DNA from: an uncultured Lentimicrobiaceae bacterium
GTDB lineage: Bacteria; Bacteroidota; Bacteroidia; Bacteroidales; F082
Assembly: GCA_964529695.1 (NCBI GenBank)
Contig: CAZGZO010000002.1
Location: 1-45,213 of the forward strand
DNA length: 45,213 bases
Reading direction: 5' to 3'
Shown: positions 39,956 to 45,213 of the stretch, in pieces
Layout: each line of letters begins with the position of its first letter
Numbering within the stretch: position 1 is the first letter of the stretch
Position numbers and translations under genes: made by a program
Notes under the pieces: generated by a model
What the model was told of the DNA's origin: nothing
Databases searched by the model: none
What the model saw: the letters and a program-made list of their open reading frames with translations, nothing else

Positions 39956-40315
39956 CTAACTTCTTAGCTTTTTGCTGATAGAGGTAAATATTGCAAGAAT
40001 TTCTTTTGCTTCTTTAAGGTTATCCTTGACTTTTTCTGTTTCAACAGAGTTCAAATCTTGGATTAGTTCTAACCAATAAACAGTTTCACTGGCCTCAAAT
40101 TCACATATTCTAATTTTGTTTGCAAAATCTGCCTTACTTCTAGAACGATTAGCTTCTCTGTAATTTGCACCAATACTTGTGCCTGATTTGGTTATTTGAT
40201 TTTTTATAACCTTATTTTCAATAGTAATAGGCAATTGTCTGGATAATTTGATGATAGAAGTGGCAAAGTTTTTTGTCCTGCTTTCTAACTCATTGCTGAA
40301 CTCTTTGTTTTTCAA
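39956..40315 (-). CDS. Four-helix bundle protein (TIGR02436 / 23S rRNA IVS-protein family)
   Basis: LESRTKNFA...QITKSGTSIGANYREANRSRSKADF...EASETVYWL; TTG start. Confidence 0.92.
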   Translation of the reverse strand: MKNKEFSNELESRTKNFATSIIKLSRQLPITIENKVIKNQITKSGTSIGANYREANRSRSKADFANKIRICEFEASETVYWLELIQDLNSVETEKVKDNLKEAKEILAIFTSISKKLRS

Positions 40316-40385
40316 TTGGGTTATATTGTTGATTTTGTTTAAAAGGTTTGGTTTGAATTTTATATACTACATTGGTTTTGAAAAT

Positions 40386-40428
40386 AACTTTAGTCACTTT
40401 ATTAACTCTAGTTCACTTAAGTCACTTT
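40386..40428 (-). repeat. Degenerate 9-bp tandem repeats (right flank, inverted relative to the left)
   Basis: Minus strand reads AAAGTGACT-TAAGTGAACT-AGAGTTAAT-AAAGTGACT-AAAGTT. Confidence 0.72.
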
Positions 40429-40429
40429 C

Positions 40430-40783
40430 TTAGATTCGCTTGTTAATAACCAAAGCAAAATACTCCCCCTTCAAAGGTAGGTAACCATATTCGTAGCAGA
40501 AATAATAAACTTTGCCTTCTTTGGTTTTGTAAACGTGGGTAAAGTATTTGAAATCAAAGCCTTTGGAAAGCAGGGTTTCCTTGTTGGTTTTGGCTTTTCC
40601 GTTGGGATTTAATTCTTTTAAGATACGTCGATTTTTTCTTAAGACGTGGTTTACATGTTTCATGTAGCCGGTTTCGTCTTTATTCAGGCGGTTGTTGTAT
40701 GTGTTTCTGCACTGGTCGGAACAAAATTTCTGGTCACTTCTTCCCCTGAGTTTTGTTCCGCATTCGAGGCAATGACGTTCCAT
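40430..40783 (-). CDS. Small zinc-ribbon protein (conserved hypothetical)
   Basis: CLECG...GRSDQKFCSDQCRNTYNN; TACCTTTG box at 40800-40807 on the minus strand. Confidence 0.75.
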   Translation of the reverse strand: MERHCLECGTKLRGRSDQKFCSDQCRNTYNNRLNKDETGYMKHVNHVLRKNRRILKELNPNGKAKTNKETLLSKGFDFKYFTHVYKTKEGKVYYFCYEYGYLPLKGEYFALVINKRI

Positions 40784-40830
40784 AGTTGGAGATTTTCCCC
40801 AAAGGTAAAAAAATTCTGGAAGCCGTAATT

Positions 40831-41664
40831 TTATTGGTCTGTGAGTCTTTTTGCAATGACTCGATTGTCAAAAAACGTGGGTATCATTACCAACTTTTCC
40901 TGTGGAATATATCCCAGGTCAGCGGCATTGATTTTCTCAGCTGCCGTGTTGCTTAAAACGACTGGTTTAGAATTGGGGGAAATAATTTGAATTTTTCCTG
41001 CCCAGTCTGAGACAAGATATTTTTCTTTTCCAAGGGGAACTAAACCATCTATACCACCCTTATTTTCAACTAATTTTTTTACTGCTTTTGTTTTTGGATT
41101 GACCTGAAGCAGGTAATCATTCGCGCCAACCAGTAATTTTCCATCCTCCCATGCCAGTCCATTGGCACCTTTAAAAAGTGGTCCCTCCAACCAAAGGGTC
41201 ATTTTCCCGTCTTGTAGTTTATAAACGGCCCCTTTACCTGAATCTGTAATATAAATTATTCCGCGCGATCCAACCTGGACATCATTTAAAAAAATGGCAC
41301 CTTTAGCAGGATAGAAACGGACGATTCTCTGAGTCTTGATGTTAATCTCAGCCAAGCGGTCGATGTCTGAAACGTATAAATGATCTCCTTCCATGGTCAT
41401 CCCCTTGGGGCCGTTAAGACCGGTGACCCATTTTAATTTTATGATCTTTCCGTTGTTTGGGTTGAGCAGCGAAATAAAGCCATTTCCATCTTTGGCAGTA
41501 GTTTTTCCGTTGATACTGGAAACATAAACATAATGGTCTCTTCCATTATAAAAAACGGATTCGGGAGTTTTTAAAACGTGGGGCGTCTTCCAAACCGGAA
41601 CTAGTGATTGGGCAGATAAGAATAGGGGAAAACAAAATCCTATAATAAAAATTACCTTTTTCAT
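40831..41664 (-). CDS. Exported SMP-30/gluconolactonase-like beta-propeller protein
   Basis: Signal peptide; TPESV, YVSSING, DGNGFIS, GLNGPKGM, FLNDV, ANGL, IDGL, AADL. Confidence 0.8.
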   Translation of the reverse strand: MKKVIFIIGFCFPLFLSAQSLVPVWKTPHVLKTPESVFYNGRDHYVYVSSINGKTTAKDGNGFISLLNPNNGKIIKLKWVTGLNGPKGMTMEGDHLYVSDIDRLAEINIKTQRIVRFYPAKGAIFLNDVQVGSRGIIYITDSGKGAVYKLQDGKMTLWLEGPLFKGANGLAWEDGKLLVGANDYLLQVNPKTKAVKKLVENKGGIDGLVPLGKEKYLVSDWAGKIQIISPNSKPVVLSNTAAEKINAADLGYIPQEKLVMIPTFFDNRVIAKRLTDQ

Positions 41665-41772
41665 GGCTTTAATTTGTTAAAATTAGCACTATCCGAAATT
41701 AGTAATTTTTTCGCTTTATTGGAATATTTCCTGCGAATTTTAGAGATAAAAAGGGTGTTAACTAATAAGAAA

Positions 41773-43107
41773 TCAGGCTTTGAACTCAAACATGGTGATT
41801 TCAGGTAGAATACCAATTCTTCCGGGGTAACCAATGGAGCCCAGACCGCGATTCACATAAATACGGCGTCCTGATTTTTGATCTTTGTACATCCCGGCCC
41901 ATTCACGATACAGGTACTGAGCGGGGCTCCATTTGAGGCCTTTCATTTCAATACCAAATTGAAAACCGTGTGTATGACCGGAAAGTGTCAGGTCGATATC
42001 ATATCCCTTCGGAATTACAACGAAATCCCAATGTGTCGGGTCGTGACTGACAAGAAGTTTGAAGATGTTGTCATCCAATCCGGCTGTAGCTTTTTTCAGG
42101 TCGCCACGTTTGGGGAAACGCGCATGGGAGCCCCAGTTTTCAACTCCAATCAAAGCAATCTCTGAACCATTCTTGTTTAGCTTTACATGACGGTTGTTCA
42201 TAAGCTTCCATCCGATACGTTTGTAAAAAGCAAATAACTGGCTAAGATTCTGTTGTTTGGCAGCTGCGCTGGGCCAACTCACGTAATCTCCGTAATCATG
42301 ATTTCCAAGCGTACAATAAACGCCCATGGGCGCTGTTACTTTTTTCAGTGTGTCTTCAAACCGGAAAGCTTCCTTTGTGGCAAAATTCACCAGATCGCCG
42401 GAAAAGATAACAAGATCAGCCTTGAGGCTGTTGACCATTTTTACAGCTTCCTCGAGTGGTTTTGCTGACGTCCAGGTTCCAAGATGCAAGTCTGAAATCT
42501 GAACCACTTTAAACCCGTCGAATGCTTTGGGAAGTCGTTTAAAATGAACCTGTTTTTTGATGACATTAAAATCATAAACCCATTTGAACATCCCCGTCAG
42601 CATTGTTCCCAAAACAAGTCCCCCAGTAAGGTATCCCATATATTGAAGAAATTTGCTACGGGTAATCCCGTTTTCTTTCTTCACCAGTTCTCGTCGTTCC
42701 TCTTTTTTGAAAAAAACCGGAAGTTTTTGGAAAAGTCTTACCATGTCTGCCACAAAAATGAAGAATAGGGGGAACAACTTTGCCGTGTATGTAACAATTA
42801 TAAACCCAGAAAGGTAGGTTCTGAGAATTATATTCCAATCAATTATAGGTTTTATAGCCAAGCCGATCACCATAAAAATGACAGCTAGCAAAGGCAACCA
42901 AAATAAAATCGCAATTGTGTTTTTTAACCAAAGCTTGTAACTGAAAAGGGTTTTGCGTAAAGCTGACCATAGATACAAGTCCATAAACAGGAGAATCAAG
43001 ATAATCAAATATCTGTGAGAATATCCCGGTAATTCATGTGCAAATAGAAAATAGCCTCCAATTAAGGCTAAAATAGAAGTTAAAGTTAATACTGTTTTAG
43101 ATTTCAT
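41773..43107 (-). CDS. Membrane-anchored metallophosphoesterase (YkuE-like)
   Basis: N-terminal TM helices; SDLHLG, GDLVN, LGNHDY, SHDP, SGHTHG, NRGLG. Confidence 0.92.
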   Translation of the reverse strand: MKSKTVLTLTSILALIGGYFLFAHELPGYSHRYLIILILLFMDLYLWSALRKTLFSYKLWLKNTIAILFWLPLLAVIFMVIGLAIKPIIDWNIILRTYLSGFIIVTYTAKLFPLFFIFVADMVRLFQKLPVFFKKEERRELVKKENGITRSKFLQYMGYLTGGLVLGTMLTGMFKWVYDFNVIKKQVHFKRLPKAFDGFKVVQISDLHLGTWTSAKPLEEAVKMVNSLKADLVIFSGDLVNFATKEAFRFEDTLKKVTAPMGVYCTLGNHDYGDYVSWPSAAAKQQNLSQLFAFYKRIGWKLMNNRHVKLNKNGSEIALIGVENWGSHARFPKRGDLKKATAGLDDNIFKLLVSHDPTHWDFVVIPKGYDIDLTLSGHTHGFQFGIEMKGLKWSPAQYLYREWAGMYKDQKSGRRIYVNRGLGSIGYPGRIGILPEITMFEFKA

Positions 43108-43135
43108 TAGCAATTAGTAGATGATTTACAGGCTC

Positions 43136-44920
43136 TTATGCCTGTTCTTTTATATAGTTTACCAGACCTTGGGCCTGAAAGATACCCATTAATTTTTCGG
43201 GCAAGGGCGCAAAATTAAAGTTTTTATCATTAACAGAAACAATTCCGTCTGTAAAGTTTATGTTAATATTATTTCCGGGTTTATATGCATCAACTGCTTC
43301 CGGCAATAGAATGATTGGTAATCCCTGGTTTACAGAGGAACGGTAAAAGATTCGGTTTACCGATTTGCAAATTACCGCTTTAACACCGGCGTGCGCCAGT
43401 CCGACAGCAGGATGCTCTCGTGAACTTCCGCAACCAAAATTAGATCCTGTTACAAGAATATCTCCCGGCTGGACCCGTTCTGTGAAATTCACATCAAATC
43501 CTTTAAAAAGATGCGGCATGATTTTTTCCGGCTCTGAGCTCAATACGCTATAAGTCAAACTCCCTGCAAACATCTGGTCTGTGTTCAAATCATTGACATC
43601 TTTGTAGTTCCAAACATTATTGATACGACGGTCATCATCTTCTGCAATGGTAACCGTATTTCTTTTTTCCACGGAATAAGGAAATTTTTCATCTGTTTCA
43701 ATTCCTCTTGGGTCGACAATTTCTCCTGCCAGCGCAGAGTGAGCCACGGTAGCGGGTGAAGCCAGGTAAACAAACGATTCTTTGTTGCCCATGCGGCCTT
43801 TGAAATTCCGGTTGGCCGTGGAAATCACATTGTAGCCGTCAGCAGGAATACCTTGGCCGGTTCCCAGGCATGGACCACAGGAAGCGGAAAGTACGTTAGC
43901 ACCTGCTTCCAGAAAGATTTCAATCAATCCTTCGCGCATGGCCTGTAAATAAATTTTCTGCGAGGCTGGGACAACCACCATCTGAAAACCTTCAGGAAGC
44001 TTTTTGCCTTTTAATACAGCGGCGCCTTCGCGTAGATCTTCAATTCTTCCGTTGGTGCAGGTTCCGATGAGAGCTTCCTGCAATTTGGTTCCGCGGACTT
44101 CAGCTACAGCTTTTACATTATCTACCTGATGTGGAGCAGCGACTACAGGAAAGACCTCCGACAAATTAATTTCAAGTGTTTTGACATACTCGGCATTTTC
44201 ATCAGCCCAAACACCATTGCCTTGCCAGGTGTCCCCCAAATATTCTTTCAATACTTCATCCATGGGAAAAACAGCATTCTTTGCACCCATTTCCGAGGCG
44301 AGGTTTGCCAGCGTCATGCGCTGAGAAATCGTCAGCGTTTTCACACCATCTCCATGAAATTCAATGGAGAGATAATCGGCTCCGCTGGCACCAATCATTC
44401 CAATAATCCAAAGTGATAAGTCTTTAGCGTAAACACCCGGTTTTAATTTCCCATGAAGGATAATTTTCAAAGAACCTGGAACACGGAACCATGTTTCTCC
44501 CTGGCGCCACAATCCTGCAGCTTCGGTCCGGTCAATGCCGGCAGCAAAAGCGTTAAAAGCGCCAGCCGTGCAAGTATGACTGTCACTACCTACGATTACC
44601 ATGCCCGGTTTGGCATAATCCGCCATAATCTGATGACAGATACCCTTTCCCGCATCATGAAATTTCGTTATTCCCTGTTCACGGACAATGTCCCGGATCT
44701 GCTGATACTGATTTGCCAGTTTTGCAGAAGTAGGAGGCGCATTATGGTCCAGAACAATCAACAACTGTTCAGGATTTTTCACCTTTTCACCATTCATTTT
44801 ACGAAAGGTGCCGAAGATGGATGCGCTGTTGTCGTGGGTTAAAATTAAGTCAGGTTTCTTGAATACGATGCTACCCTGTGGGGCGTCGAAAATTTTTTCA
44901 GCGAATGTTTTGCCAACCAT
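43136..44920 (-). CDS. Fused large+small subunit aconitase-family hydratase (homoaconitase/isopropylmalate isomerase-like)
   Basis: THDN, DHNAP, GICHQ, DSHTCT; Fe-S ligands GTCTNGR and SCGPCLG; TANRNFKGRMG; fused swivel domain NTDQ...NFGCGSSREH; ATG at 44920. Confidence 0.92.
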   Translation of the reverse strand: MVGKTFAEKIFDAPQGSIVFKKPDLILTHDNSASIFGTFRKMNGEKVKNPEQLLIVLDHNAPPTSAKLANQYQQIRDIVREQGITKFHDAGKGICHQIMADYAKPGMVIVGSDSHTCTAGAFNAFAAGIDRTEAAGLWRQGETWFRVPGSLKIILHGKLKPGVYAKDLSLWIIGMIGASGADYLSIEFHGDGVKTLTISQRMTLANLASEMGAKNAVFPMDEVLKEYLGDTWQGNGVWADENAEYVKTLEINLSEVFPVVAAPHQVDNVKAVAEVRGTKLQEALIGTCTNGRIEDLREGAAVLKGKKLPEGFQMVVVPASQKIYLQAMREGLIEIFLEAGANVLSASCGPCLGTGQGIPADGYNVISTANRNFKGRMGNKESFVYLASPATVAHSALAGEIVDPRGIETDEKFPYSVEKRNTVTIAEDDDRRINNVWNYKDVNDLNTDQMFAGSLTYSVLSSEPEKIMPHLFKGFDVNFTERVQPGDILVTGSNFGCGSSREHPAVGLAHAGVKAVICKSVNRIFYRSSVNQGLPIILLPEAVDAYKPGNNININFTDGIVSVNDKNFNFAPLPEKLMGIFQAQGLVNYIKEQA

Positions 44921-44997
44921 AAGTCTTGGTTTTTCGTATTTATTTGTTAGATAATATCTTAAACAACTTTCTCCCAAGCCCTTAAAAATTTCGGCGG

Positions 44998-45005
44998 CAA
45001 AGGTA
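44998..45005 (-). promoter_or_regulatory. Bacteroidota -7 promoter box for the aconitase-family gene
   Basis: TACCTTTG(CCGCCG) on the minus strand about 80 nt upstream of the ATG. Confidence 0.6.
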
Positions 45006-45137
45006 CAAGTAATTTAGTTACGTGATTTGGTTTTCTCTTATTTGAACTTCGTATAAAGAGCCGCCATAAAATTGAAGGAATTCACTGCTCCATTTCTTTC
45101 GTATTTTTGAAAAAACTCAATCATATTCAGAAGGCAA

Positions 45138-45213
45138 ATGGATAAGGTAAATATTTCAGAAAAACTTTCATTATTTCAGGATCACTGGAATCCAAGAATT
45201 GTAGGAGCACTCA
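45138..45213 (+). CDS. Cupin domain protein, 5' part only (truncated by the window edge)
   Basis: MDKVNISEKLSLFQDHWNPRIVGAL resembles the N-terminus of small cupin proteins; open to the end of the window. Confidence 0.65.
   Translation, partial: MDKVNISEKLSLFQDHWNPRIVGAL

Noticed and set aside
39846-40428. CRISPR array, DGR or rRNA intervening sequence
   Set aside because: Units are 9 bp with no spacers; there is no cas gene, reverse transcriptase, template repeat or rRNA nearby.

Overview
Chromosomal window from a Bacteroidota bacterium, probably Bacteroidales or Prolixibacter-like (TAnnTTTG promoter boxes, A-rich leaders mostly without Shine-Dalgarno sites, DUF4251 and four-helix-bundle genes). 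It has four blocks. (1) 0.5-15 kb: an exported S9 peptidase, two Xaa-Pro aminopeptidases and a BNR/VPS10 protein, next to an AraC regulator and a complete four-gene 4-hydroxyproline catabolic operon. (2) 15-27.3 kb: a complete F8-like chemosensory operon (STAS, cheY, cheA, cheW, mcp, cheR, kinase-like gene, cheD, cheB). It is bracketed by two sensor-less REC-HK-REC hybrid kinases, and its embedded kinase-like protein has Asn in place of the phosphoacceptor His. No flagellar genes occur in the window. This is the strongest candidate for an undescribed system. (3) 27.4-37.9 kb: miscellaneous enzymes, a lipoprotein gene with structured flanks, and a triple-frameshifted receiver-domain pseudogene missed by the ORF track. 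(4) 38-45.2 kb: a homoisocitrate dehydrogenase-like gene plus an HD-fold gene converging on a fused homoaconitase-like gene, with a four-helix-bundle gene flanked by inverted 9-bp tandem repeats between them. No rRNA, tRNA, CRISPR array, integrase or transposase was seen. All calls come from motif recognition by eye; no searches were run.
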